Shown: in pieces, positions 19,401 to 27,285 of the stretch | Numbering within the stretch: the first letter of the stretch is position 1 | How the letters are laid out: the number at the start of each line of letters is the position of its first letter | Origin: Alkalilimnicola ehrlichii MLHE-1 | GTDB taxonomy: Bacteria > Pseudomonadota > Gammaproteobacteria > Nitrococcales > Halorhodospiraceae | Direction: 5' to 3' | Length of the DNA stretch: 32,000 bases | NCBI RefSeq assembly: GCF_000014785.1 | Contig: NC_008340.1 | Span: 3,180,001 to 3,212,000 of the forward strand | Notes under the pieces: generated by a model | Told to the model about the DNA's origin: nothing | The model's database searches: none | The model's input: only the letters and a program-made list of their open reading frames with translations | Program-made: the position numbers and the translations under genes

Positions 19401-21259
19401 CACTGGGCGTAGTGGATGGAGACAAAGACGGCACGATCCGGTTGGTTATAGTCCACCTCGTTGGAACCGTCCCGGGCCGTCGCGTAATCCTTGTCCAGGG
19501 CATTGTCCAGCTTGGCCCGGACGGTCCAATGCGGATCGATGGCATAGCTGGCGCGCAGATGAAGGAGCCCATGACCGGCCAGGCGGTCATCGTTGGCCTT
19601 GTCGTTGAAGCTGCGCCCCCGGGCCAGGGCGGTGGCACCGAAGGCCCAGGCACCCAACTCCCGGTCCACGTCCAGCCGCACGGTGTGGTTGGGGCGGCGA
19701 CGCAACTCCCGACCGGTGCCCTTGTCCTCTGTATCCAGAAAGGTGCCGGAGGCGCGCAGCCGCCAGGGCCCCTGGTGATAGCCGCCCTCCAGCTCCAGGC
19801 CTGTAATCCGGGCCTCGTCGACGTTGTCCGGCATCCATTGGCCGTTCACCGGCGCCCACTCGATGAGGTCGTCCACCTCGGTGCGGAACAGGGCGGCATC
19901 CCAGTAGAACGCTCCGCCGGCGTAACGCAACCCGGCCTCTGCGGTGGCGGACTCCTCCGGTTGCAGATCGGGGTTGCCCGAACCCGGCCAATAAAGATCG
20001 TTCAGGGTGGGGGCGTTGAAGGCGGTGCCGTAGGACAGCCGGCCCTGAAGGCGGTCATCGATCTCATAGCCCCAGGCCAACTGCCCGGTGGTGTGGCTGC
20101 CGTAGGCCTGGTTGTCGTCATAACGCAGACTGCCGGACACGTTGTGGCGCCCGAATCGGCCGGCCAGCACCTGGTAGGCCGCCTGGTTGTAGCGGCTGGT
20201 CTCGTCGTAATCGGTGGTGCCCGAGACGCGCTCCTCCTGCCAGTCCAGGCCGGCAGTCCAGGTGATGGTGCGGGTCAACACGAAGTCGTTCAGCCAGTGC
20301 GCCTGATCCCGCTTGGTGTCGTGGCGCGCGTCTAGCTCGCCCTCGTAGTAGGTGTCCTGTTCATCCCGGGCATGGGCGATGCTCAGTTCGGTGTGCCAGC
20401 GGTCGGTCACGTCGCCGCGGGCACCGATTCGTGTGGCCTGATGCACGAAATCGTGATGGGCGGACTCATCGTTGCCGAAAAAGTCCCGCCGATCGAACTC
20501 CGAACGCCCCTCGGAGCGCAGCCCGTTGGCGAACAGCTCCCAGCCGTTGGACAGCCGATGGCTGACCTTTCCGGAGAGGGAGCTGTTGCGGTACCCGTCG
20601 TCGTCGTCATCGCCGACGCCGTCCTGAACATCAATGCCGTCGGTGTGGAAATGACTACCGGAGAGGCGGTACCGGGTATCGGCGGTCCCACCGGCCACGC
20701 CCGCGCCGTATTCGTGGGTGCCGAAGCTACCGGCGCCGGCAAAGGCGTTCACCCGGGGCGGCCCCTCCCGCCCCTCACGGGTGAAGATCTGCACCACACC
20801 GCCGATGGCGTCGGCGCCGTAGATCGCCGAGCGCGGGCCGCGCACCACCTCGACCCGCTCGATCTCCGAGAGCGGCAGCACCTGCCAACTCGCCCCCCCC
20901 AAAGTGGCGGAGCCCATGCGCACCCCGTCGATCAGCAACACCGTGTGCCCCGAATCCGCCCCGCGGAGCCGCACGCTGCTGGCCTTGCCGAAGGGACCGT
21001 TGCTGCTCACGGTCACCCCCGCACGCCCGGCGAGCAGATCGGTGAACTGCTTGGGTTGCTGCCGATCGATTTCCTCACGGTCGATGACTGTGACCGAGGA
21101 GAGCGACTCATTCACCGTCTGCGCAGTGCGCGCCGGCGTCACCACGATGGGTGATAGCGGCCGCGCCTCCGCCGAGTCGGCCTGGGCGATGGCGGGAACG
21201 AGGGTTGCAACGACAAACAGGCTGGCGGCAGTGGCCACCAAAGGGGCGTATCGCGACAT
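19400..21259 (-). CDS. btuB: TonB-dependent vitamin B12 outer-membrane receptor
   Basis: Signal peptide MSRYAPLVATAASLFVVATLVPAIAQA, TonB-box-like PIVVTPARTAQ, plug motif VVRGPRSAIYGADAIGGVVQIFT, Asp-rich loop GDDDDDG, 22-strand-size barrel. A cobalamin riboswitch lies upstream. Start ATG 21259. Confidence 0.9.
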   Translation of the reverse strand: MSRYAPLVATAASLFVVATLVPAIAQADSAEARPLSPIVVTPARTAQTVNESLSSVTVIDREEIDRQQPKQFTDLLAGRAGVTVSSNGPFGKASSVRLRGADSGHTVLLIDGVRMGSATLGGASWQVLPLSEIERVEVVRGPRSAIYGADAIGGVVQIFTREGREGPPRVNAFAGAGSFGTHEYGAGVAGGTADTRYRLSGSHFHTDGIDVQDGVGDDDDDGYRNSSLSGKVSHRLSNGWELFANGLRSEGRSEFDRRDFFGNDESAHHDFVHQATRIGARGDVTDRWHTELSIAHARDEQDTYYEGELDARHDTKRDQAHWLNDFVLTRTITWTAGLDWQEERVSGTTDYDETSRYNQAAYQVLAGRFGRHNVSGSLRYDDNQAYGSHTTGQLAWGYEIDDRLQGRLSYGTAFNAPTLNDLYWPGSGNPDLQPEESATAEAGLRYAGGAFYWDAALFRTEVDDLIEWAPVNGQWMPDNVDEARITGLELEGGYHQGPWRLRASGTFLDTEDKGTGRELRRRPNHTVRLDVDRELGAWAFGATALARGRSFNDKANDDRLAGHGLLHLRASYAIDPHWTVRAKLDNALDKDYATARDGSNEVDYNQPDRAVFVSIHYAQ

Positions 21260-21445
21260 GGTTGAGCGGCTCCAGCTTCGGCCGTCCCGGTGGACGGACC
21301 ATGACCTTCGGCCGCATCCCCCGCACGGCCACGGGTGCACACCGGCAGTCAGGTGGAGCAGGACAGGAGCGACAGGCGGGCGAGGCGAAGGGTACCGGCA
21401 TCGGCCACGACTGCCCTCGGTCGCCCACCGCGACCCGGCATGCGC

Positions 21446-21678
21446 GACAGGCCGGTCTCCGGGCTGATGAGCCGGAGCGACGGGCGGTTGGCCCGGGGCT
21501 CAGAAGCGGCCGCCTTCCCATGCCCGAAGCGGTACGCTGGGGGACACAGTGGCGAGGGTGGCCGTTTGCGCTCAATCACCGTTGCGGGGGCAGCGCCGGA
21601 ATGGGGACTGACAGGGCAGTCACCGCACCGGCTTCCCGTTTCATCCCGGGCGCGGATCGCGCTCCGGAACACCTGTCG
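21446..21678 (-). promoter_or_regulatory. Cobalamin (B12) riboswitch upstream of btuB-cobO-cbiA-cobQ
   Basis: Minus-strand RNA contains GGGAAGCCGGTG, GCTGCCCCCGCAACGGTGA, GCCACTG, GGGAAGGC and the B12 box TCAGCCCGGAGACCGGCC. A putative P1 pairs GACAGG (21678-21673) with CCTGTC (21451-21446). Confidence 0.88.
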
Positions 21679-21689
21679 CAGGGTCGATA

Positions 21690-21718
21690 AGCCTAGCGAG
21701 TCGCCCGGCGGGAGTCAA
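21690..21718 (-). promoter_or_regulatory. Candidate sigma70 promoter TTGACT-17 nt-TAGGCT driving the btuB riboswitch
   Basis: On the minus strand the -35 TTGACT is at 21718-21713 and the -10 TAGGCT at 21695-21690. The predicted TSS is a few nt before the riboswitch P1 at 21678. Confidence 0.4.
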
Positions 21719-21731
21719 AACCGGGGCGGCA

Positions 21732-22505
21732 TCAGCCAGCGCTGTTCGCGAGCACCGCCAGTAGCCCCAACAGGGCCGCCAGTTCCGCCACCTCGACGAG
21801 GGCACCGGCGGTATCGCCGGTGAAGCCATCGAGGCGGCGCATCATCAGGTGCTGGGCCCACACCCCCACCGCCACCACCCCCAGCACGGCCGCCAGCCCC
21901 GCCCAGCCGGCCAGCGCGGTAACGAAAAGCAGCGCACCCAGCGCCGTGAGCCCGATCCACCTTGTGGCGGGCGCCTCGGCGAGCGGTCCGGCTAGCCCCT
22001 GCTTGCGGGCGTAGGGCGTGCCCGCGATCAGCAACGCGGCCGCGGCACGCCCCAGCACCGGCGCGATCAACAGCGCGGCCAGCGCCGCATCCAGGCGCAG
22101 CAGGGCCGCCAGCGCCGCCACCTTGACCACCAGCGCCAGCGTGATCACCGCCACCGCCGCCGGTCCGCTGCGCGGGTCTTTCATGATCTCCAGGCTGCGC
22201 AGCCGGTCACCGTGGCCGCCCAACCAGGCGTCGGCGCTGTCACCCAAGCCGTCCAGATGCAGCAGGCCGGTAACCAGCGCCCAGGCAGCCACCAGCAGGG
22301 CCGCCTGAACCACGAACTGATCCGGAAAGAACCATTGCAGCAGGGCGTATAGGGCCAGCAGCAGGATGCCCAGAATCAGACCCACCACCGGATAGGCGGG
22401 CAGCGAGGCGGCGTGATCCTCACGCCGGGGCGGGCCCAGCCACCAAACCGGCAGCCGGGTGAGGAAGGCCAGGGCCAGCAGCAGGCCGCGCACCGCCGTG
22501 GTCAT
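21732..22505 (-). CDS. cobS: Adenosylcobinamide-GDP ribazoletransferase (cobalamin synthase)
   Basis: LLLALAFLTRLPV N-terminus and a polytopic membrane protein of about 257 aa. ATG 22505 with GAGGGG upstream, 4 nt after the cobC stop. Confidence 0.9.
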   Translation of the reverse strand: MTTAVRGLLLALAFLTRLPVWWLGPPRREDHAASLPAYPVVGLILGILLLALYALLQWFFPDQFVVQAALLVAAWALVTGLLHLDGLGDSADAWLGGHGDRLRSLEIMKDPRSGPAAVAVITLALVVKVAALAALLRLDAALAALLIAPVLGRAAAALLIAGTPYARKQGLAGPLAEAPATRWIGLTALGALLFVTALAGWAGLAAVLGVVAVGVWAQHLMMRRLDGFTGDTAGALVEVAELAALLGLLAVLANSAG

Positions 22506-22509
22506 GGTC

Positions 22510-23130
22510 TCACCCCTCGTCCACCGCACAGCCGTGGGCCAGCAGGGTGGCGACCGGGTTGCCGTCGATCCAGTCCACCCGCAGGCGGGTCAGACAGGCG
22601 TAGGGCACGTGAATACGGCCGAGCAGGGGGGCCGGATCGAGACCCAGTGCCTCGGCCAGCAGCACCCGGATGGCCCCGCCATGGCAGACCACCAGCAGCC
22701 GTTCCCCCGGCGGCTCGTCCAGCCACCGGCGCCACCCCCTCGCCAGACGCCCATGCAGCGCATCCAGGGTCTCACCCCCCGGCGGTGGATGGCGGCGCGG
22801 GTCGCGCCAGAAGGCGGTGAGGCGGTCGCCCTGGGCCTCGAACAGGGCCGCGGGCTCCCAACCCTCCCATTCGCCGAAGTCGATCTCTCGGAAATCGGGC
22901 TCCAGGTACAACGGCAGGCCCTGGTGGGTGCTGTAGTCGCGGGCAAAGTCGGCACAGCGGCACAGCGGCGAGCTGATCACCGCATCCCAGGGGCCGGCAA
23001 CAGCCACCGCCCGGCGCAGCTGCCGCCACCCGGTCGCGGACAGCGGATCGTCCAGGCGGCCGCGATACTTCCGGCCCCCTTCCGGCTCGCCGTGGCGCAG
23101 CAGGTCCACGAACAAGGGTTGCTGGTGCAA
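22510..23130 (-). CDS. cobC: Alpha-ribazole-5'-phosphate phosphatase (histidine phosphatase family)
   Basis: FVDLLRHGE catalytic RHG motif and VVCHGGAIR second His motif. Preferred start is TTG 23130 (GGGAG 7 nt upstream); the alternative is ATG 23181. Confidence 0.82.
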   Translation of the reverse strand: MHQQPLFVDLLRHGEPEGGRKYRGRLDDPLSATGWRQLRRAVAVAGPWDAVISSPLCRCADFARDYSTHQGLPLYLEPDFREIDFGEWEGWEPAALFEAQGDRLTAFWRDPRRHPPPGGETLDALHGRLARGWRRWLDEPPGERLLVVCHGGAIRVLLAEALGLDPAPLLGRIHVPYACLTRLRVDWIDGNPVATLLAHGCAVDEG

Positions 23131-23179
23131 GGTCGTGCTCCCGGTCAGCAGGTTGGGCGCATAGGATACACTGCGGCCC

Positions 23180-24115
23180 ATGCTCCAGACCGCCCCCATC
23201 CCCGATCCCCTGGCTGCCCTGCTGTTGGCGGTGGTGCTGGACCGCCTGCTGGGCGAGCCGCGCCGCTGGCACCCGCTGGTGGGCTTCGGGCGCGTTGCCG
23301 TCGCGCTGGAGCGGGGCCTGAACCGGGGCGGTGCGCGCCAGGTCAAGGGCGCGCTGGCCCTGGCGCTGCTGGTGCTGCCCCTGACCACGGCCCTGGCCTG
23401 GCTGGCCCAGGGGTCCTGGCTGATCAGCGCCGGCCTCCTTTACCTGGCGCTGGGGCTGCGCAGCCTGGACGAGCACGCCCGGGCCATACAGGCCCCACTG
23501 GAGGACGATCGGCTGGCATCGGCGCGGGAGGCGCTGGCGGGCGTGGTGAGCCGCGACACCGGGACGCTGGATGCGACCGGGGCCTCCGGCGCAGCGGTGG
23601 AGTCGGCGCTGGAGAACGGCGCCGACGCCGGTTTTGCCAGCCTGTTCTGGTTTCTGCTCGCCGGACCGGCCGGCGCGGTGGCCCATCGGCTGATCAACAC
23701 CCTGGATGCCATGTGGGGTTACCGTACCGCCCGGTTCAACGCCTTCGGATGGACGGCGGCGCGCCTGGATGACCTGCTCAACTGGGTCCCCGCCCGGCTC
23801 ACCGCGGCGGGGTACGCCCTGTGCGGCGACACCCGCCGGGCCCTGCACTGCTGGCGCGAGCAGGCCGGCCGCTGGGAGAGCCCCAACGCCGGCCCGGTGA
23901 TGGCCGCGGGGGCTGGCGCCCTGGGGCTGCGGCTGGGTGGCCCCAGCCGTTACCGGGGCCGGCTGAAGGCGCGCCCGGTGCTGGGCCAAGGGCGGCCCGC
24001 CAACCCCGGCGACATCCGCCGCGCCACCCGCCTCGTGCAACGCACGCTGGTGCTCTGGCTGGTCCTGATCACCCTGGGAGGTATGGCATGGCACCTGACC
24101 ACGGCGGCGGGCTGA
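23180..24115 (+). CDS. cbiB: Adenosylcobinamide-phosphate synthase
   Basis: LLLAVVLDRLLGEPRRWHPLVGFG N-terminal motif of CbiB/CobD membrane proteins; 311 aa. Confidence 0.92.
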   Translation: MLQTAPIPDPLAALLLAVVLDRLLGEPRRWHPLVGFGRVAVALERGLNRGGARQVKGALALALLVLPLTTALAWLAQGSWLISAGLLYLALGLRSLDEHARAIQAPLEDDRLASAREALAGVVSRDTGTLDATGASGAAVESALENGADAGFASLFWFLLAGPAGAVAHRLINTLDAMWGYRTARFNAFGWTAARLDDLLNWVPARLTAAGYALCGDTRRALHCWREQAGRWESPNAGPVMAAGAGALGLRLGGPSRYRGRLKARPVLGQGRPANPGDIRRATRLVQRTLVLWLVLITLGGMAWHLTTAAG

Positions 24116-25134
24116 GGGCGGCGGCGAGCGCGTGGGGCCGCCCCCCGGCCGACTGGCTGGATCTCTCCACCGGCATCAGCCCCTGGTCGTGGCCGGTCCC
24201 TGCGATACCCACCCCCGTCTGGCAGCGGTTGCCGGAGCCCGACGGGTTGCCGGACATTGCCCGCACCTGGGCCGGCGCGCCGGAGCAGGCCGGCTGCCTG
24301 CCGGTCCCCGGCACCCAGGCGGTCATTCAACGCCTGCCCCACTGCCTGCCGCCATCGCGGGTGGGCGTGCCGCACCCCGGCTACGCCGAACACGCCCATT
24401 GTTGGCGGCAGGCCGGCCACCACGTCATCCCCCTACCCCACGATTCGGTGGCACCGCCACTGGAGACGCTGGACGTGCTGGTCTGGATCAACCCCAACAA
24501 CCCCACCGGCCGGCGCACCCCGGCGGGACGATTGGCGGCCTGGCACCGGCAACTGGCGGCCCGTAGCGGGTTGCTGGTGGTGGACGAGGCCTTCATCGAT
24601 ACCGAGCCAGTAGCCAGCCTGGCCACCCTCACCGGCTCGGAGGGCCTGCTGGTGCTGCGCTCGCTCGGCAAGTTCTTCGGTCTGGCCGGCCTGCGCGCCG
24701 GACTGGTCTTCGGCCCCCGCGCCCTCTGCGCCCGGCTGGACGCCGAGCTGGGCCCCTGGGCCGTCAGCCACCCCGCCCGCTGGGTGATGGCCCGCGCCCT
24801 GGCGGACCGGCCATGGCAGGTGGCACAGCGTTACCGTCTGGCCGGGGCGGCCCAACGGCTGGCCGATTGCCTGGCCCACCATGGCCTGCCGCCGGCGGGC
24901 GGCACCGGGCTGTTCCAGTACTGCCCCCACCCCCGGGCCGCCACCCTGCACGGGGCCCTGGCCGCCCGGGGCATCCTCACCCGACACTTCGCCGAGCCCT
25001 CGGCGCTCCGCTTCGGACTCCCCGGCCAGAGCCACGACTGGCGGCGGCTGGAGGCGGCGCTGCGGGCCGCCAGCCCGGACCGGGAAGGGGGCGAGCCCCT
25101 GCACCACGTTGACGGCCCCCGCGGCGATTGCTAG
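24088..25134 (+). CDS. cobD: L-threonine-O-3-phosphate decarboxylase (PLP aminotransferase class I/II fold)
   Basis: HGGGLRAAASAWG, INPNNPTG and the PLP-lysine block RSLGKFFGLAGLRAG. ATG 24088 is preceded by GGGAGG and overlaps the cbiB 3' end by 28 nt. Confidence 0.85.
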   Translation: MAPDHGGGLRAAASAWGRPPADWLDLSTGISPWSWPVPAIPTPVWQRLPEPDGLPDIARTWAGAPEQAGCLPVPGTQAVIQRLPHCLPPSRVGVPHPGYAEHAHCWRQAGHHVIPLPHDSVAPPLETLDVLVWINPNNPTGRRTPAGRLAAWHRQLAARSGLLVVDEAFIDTEPVASLATLTGSEGLLVLRSLGKFFGLAGLRAGLVFGPRALCARLDAELGPWAVSHPARWVMARALADRPWQVAQRYRLAGAAQRLADCLAHHGLPPAGGTGLFQYCPHPRAATLHGALAARGILTRHFAEPSALRFGLPGQSHDWRRLEAALRAASPDREGGEPLHHVDGPRGDC

Positions 25135-25137
25135 CGT
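25109..25137 (+). promoter_or_regulatory. Candidate sigma70 promoter TTGACG-17 nt-TAGCGT driving the btuF riboswitch (inside the cobD 3' end)
   Basis: -35 at 25109-25114 and -10 at 25132-25137 (this includes the cobD TAG stop). Same architecture and spacing to the riboswitch P1 as the btuB promoter candidate. Confidence 0.35.
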
Positions 25138-25150
25138 CTGCGCTCCCGCC

Positions 25151-25324
25151 CCAGGTTTCCCGGCCCCTGCGCCGGGATGAAACGGGAAGTCGGTGCCAGT
25201 CCGACGCTGCCCCCGCAACGGTGATTGAGCGGAAACGGCCACCACGCCACTGTGCCCCGGCACGGGAAGGCGGCCGCTTCGGGGTCCCCACCACCCCGGC
25301 TCATCAGCCCGGAGACCGGCCTGG
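25151..25324 (+). promoter_or_regulatory. Cobalamin (B12) riboswitch upstream of btuF-btuC-btuD-cobT
   Basis: GGGAAGTCGGTG, GCTGCCCCCGCAACGGTGA, GCCACTG, GGGAAGGC and the B12 box TCAGCCCGGAGACCGGCC (about 25303-25320). Putative P1 pairs CCAGG 25151-25155 with CCTGG 25320-25324. A hairpin CGTCGC-GGAGG-GCGACG (25340-25356) sits just before the SD. Confidence 0.9.
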
Positions 25325-25373
25325 GTGCGCCATACCACGCGTCGCGGAGGGCGACGCCGAGGGAGCCCGAGTC

Positions 25374-26309
25374 ATGCCCGATACCGCCACACCCGCACGT
25401 CGCCGCCGCCTGCCCGGACTGCTGGCCGGCCTGGCCCTCTTGCTATGGGCGGCCACTGGCGCAGCGCAAGGGCCCGCTGCCGAACCCCGCTGCGTACGCG
25501 ACGACCTGGAGCGGGAGATCTGTGTCCAGGCCGCCGAGCCCCGCATCATCAGCCTGGCCCCCCACATCACCGAACAGCTCTTTGCCGTCGGCGCCGGGGC
25601 ACTCATCGTCGGCACGGTCAACTTCAGCGATTACCCGCCGGAGGCCGAGGCCATCCCCCGGGTGGGCGGTTACAACCGCATCGACGTGGAGCGCGTGCTC
25701 GCCAAGGCGCCCGACCTGGTGGTGGCCTGGCGCAGCGGCAACCCCCGCGCCCACGTGGAACGCCTGGAGGCCCTCGGGCTGACGGTCTACGTCAGCGAAC
25801 CGCGCCGCTTCGAGGACGTGGCCCGGGCCCTGGAGCGCCTGGGCCGGCTCGCCGGCCGGGAACAGGCCGGGGCGGAGGCGGCCGACGGGTTTCGGGATGA
25901 GGTGGCGGCGCTGCGCCGGCAGTATGCTGACCGCGACCGGGTCTCGCTCTACTACCAGATCTGGGATCAGCCGCTGATGACCGTGAACGACGAGCACCTG
26001 ATTGGCGAGGCCATCGCCCTCTGCGGCGGGTGGAATGTCTTTGGCGACAGTGACCGCCTGACCCCCAAGGTGGACCGCGAGAGCGTGCTCGGCGCTGACC
26101 CGGAGGCCATCCTGGCCAGCGGCATGGGCGAGGAGCGCGAGGACTGGGTGGACGAGTGGCGGGCCTGGCCGGCGAGTACGGCGGTACAGCGCGACAACCT
26201 CTTCTTCATCCCCCCCTCGCTGCTCCAGCGCCACACGCCGCGCATCCTCGAGGGCACGCGGCTGCTCTGCGAGGCGCTGGAGACCGCCCGTGGGCGCCGG
26301 CCGGAGTAG
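25374..26309 (+). CDS. btuF: Vitamin B12 ABC transporter periplasmic binding protein
   Basis: Signal peptide MPDTATPARRRRLPGLLAGLALLLWAATGAAQG. Class III periplasmic binding protein blocks IISLAPHITEQLFAVGA and PDLVVAW. GAGGGAG SD at 25359-25365. Riboswitch upstream and btuCD downstream. Confidence 0.85.
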   Translation: MPDTATPARRRRLPGLLAGLALLLWAATGAAQGPAAEPRCVRDDLEREICVQAAEPRIISLAPHITEQLFAVGAGALIVGTVNFSDYPPEAEAIPRVGGYNRIDVERVLAKAPDLVVAWRSGNPRAHVERLEALGLTVYVSEPRRFEDVARALERLGRLAGREQAGAEAADGFRDEVAALRRQYADRDRVSLYYQIWDQPLMTVNDEHLIGEAIALCGGWNVFGDSDRLTPKVDRESVLGADPEAILASGMGEEREDWVDEWRAWPASTAVQRDNLFFIPPSLLQRHTPRILEGTRLLCEALETARGRRPE

Positions 26310-26315
26310 CTGGCA

Positions 26316-27284
26316 GTGACCCGACTGCCCGCCATCGTGGCCGTCCTGGGGTGCGCCGGCCTGGCCAGCCTGTTGCTGGCCATCGCGGTGGGCAGCGTGG
26401 CGTTGACGCCGGCCGAGGTCTGGGCCGGGCTGCGCGGCGAGGGGCTGCCGCTGCACAACACCCTGGTTCGGGAACTGCGCCTGCCCCGCGCCCTGGCCGC
26501 CTTCGCCACCGGCGGCCTGCTGGCAGTGGCCGGGGCGTTGATGCAGGTGCTGCTGCGCAACCCGCTGGCCGACCCCTATGTCCTGGGCCTTTCCGGTGGC
26601 GCGGCCGTGGGCGCCCTGCTGGCCATGCTGGCCGGCCTCGGCATGGCGCTGGTCTCCGGCGCCGCCTTCGCCGGTGCACTGGCCTCCACCCTGCTGGTCT
26701 TCGGGCTCGCTCACGGCACCGGCAGCTGGACCCCCACCCGCTTGTTGCTGACCGGCGTGGTGGTGGCCGCCGGCTGGGGCGCCAGCATCAATTTCATCCT
26801 CGCCCTCAGCCCCACCCAGGAGCTGCCCGGCATGCTTTTCTGGCTGATGGGCGACCTCTCCCACGCCCGCGATCCCCGGGTGCCCCTGGGGGTGCTGGTG
26901 TTCGCCCTGCTCTGCGCCTGGCCGCTGGGCCGCAGCCTCAACGTGCTCGCCCGGGGCAGCCTGCAGGCGGCCGCCCTGGGCGTGCGGGTCCGCCCCCTGG
27001 AGTGGACGGTCTACCTGGCCGCCTCCCTGCTCACGGCCACCGCCGTCACCGTGGCCGGCAGCGTCGGCTTTGTGGGCCTGATCGTCCCGCACATGCTGCG
27101 CCTGGTGCTGGGCAACGACCAGCGGATCATCCTCCCGGCGTCGGCCCTGGCCGGGGGCATACTGCTCACCCTGGCCGACACCCTGGCGCGCACCCTCATC
27201 GCCCCGGAGCAACTGCCGGTGGGGGTGATCACCGCGATGCTCGGTGTACCTGTCTTCCTCTACCTGCTGCACCGGAGCCGCTGA
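26316..27284 (+). CDS. btuC: Vitamin B12 / FecCD-family ABC transporter permease
   Basis: FecCD family pattern (LRLPRALAAFATGGLLAVAGALMQ, GSVGFVGLIVPHMLRL); 322 aa; GTG start 26316. Confidence 0.88.
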   Translation: MTRLPAIVAVLGCAGLASLLLAIAVGSVALTPAEVWAGLRGEGLPLHNTLVRELRLPRALAAFATGGLLAVAGALMQVLLRNPLADPYVLGLSGGAAVGALLAMLAGLGMALVSGAAFAGALASTLLVFGLAHGTGSWTPTRLLLTGVVVAAGWGASINFILALSPTQELPGMLFWLMGDLSHARDPRVPLGVLVFALLCAWPLGRSLNVLARGSLQAAALGVRVRPLEWTVYLAASLLTATAVTVAGSVGFVGLIVPHMLRLVLGNDQRIILPASALAGGILLTLADTLARTLIAPEQLPVGVITAMLGVPVFLYLLHRSR

Positions 27285-27285
27285 C

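Noticed and set aside
21349-21672. Conserved peptide-like strings (DETGSRC...AAPATVIERKRPP) shared by small ORF 21349..21672 (-) and the 5' part of ORF 25128.. (+), which could suggest a duplicated small protein.
   Set aside because: The conservation is at the RNA level. Both regions carry the full set of cobalamin riboswitch core motifs including the B12 box, and the reading frames are incidental.
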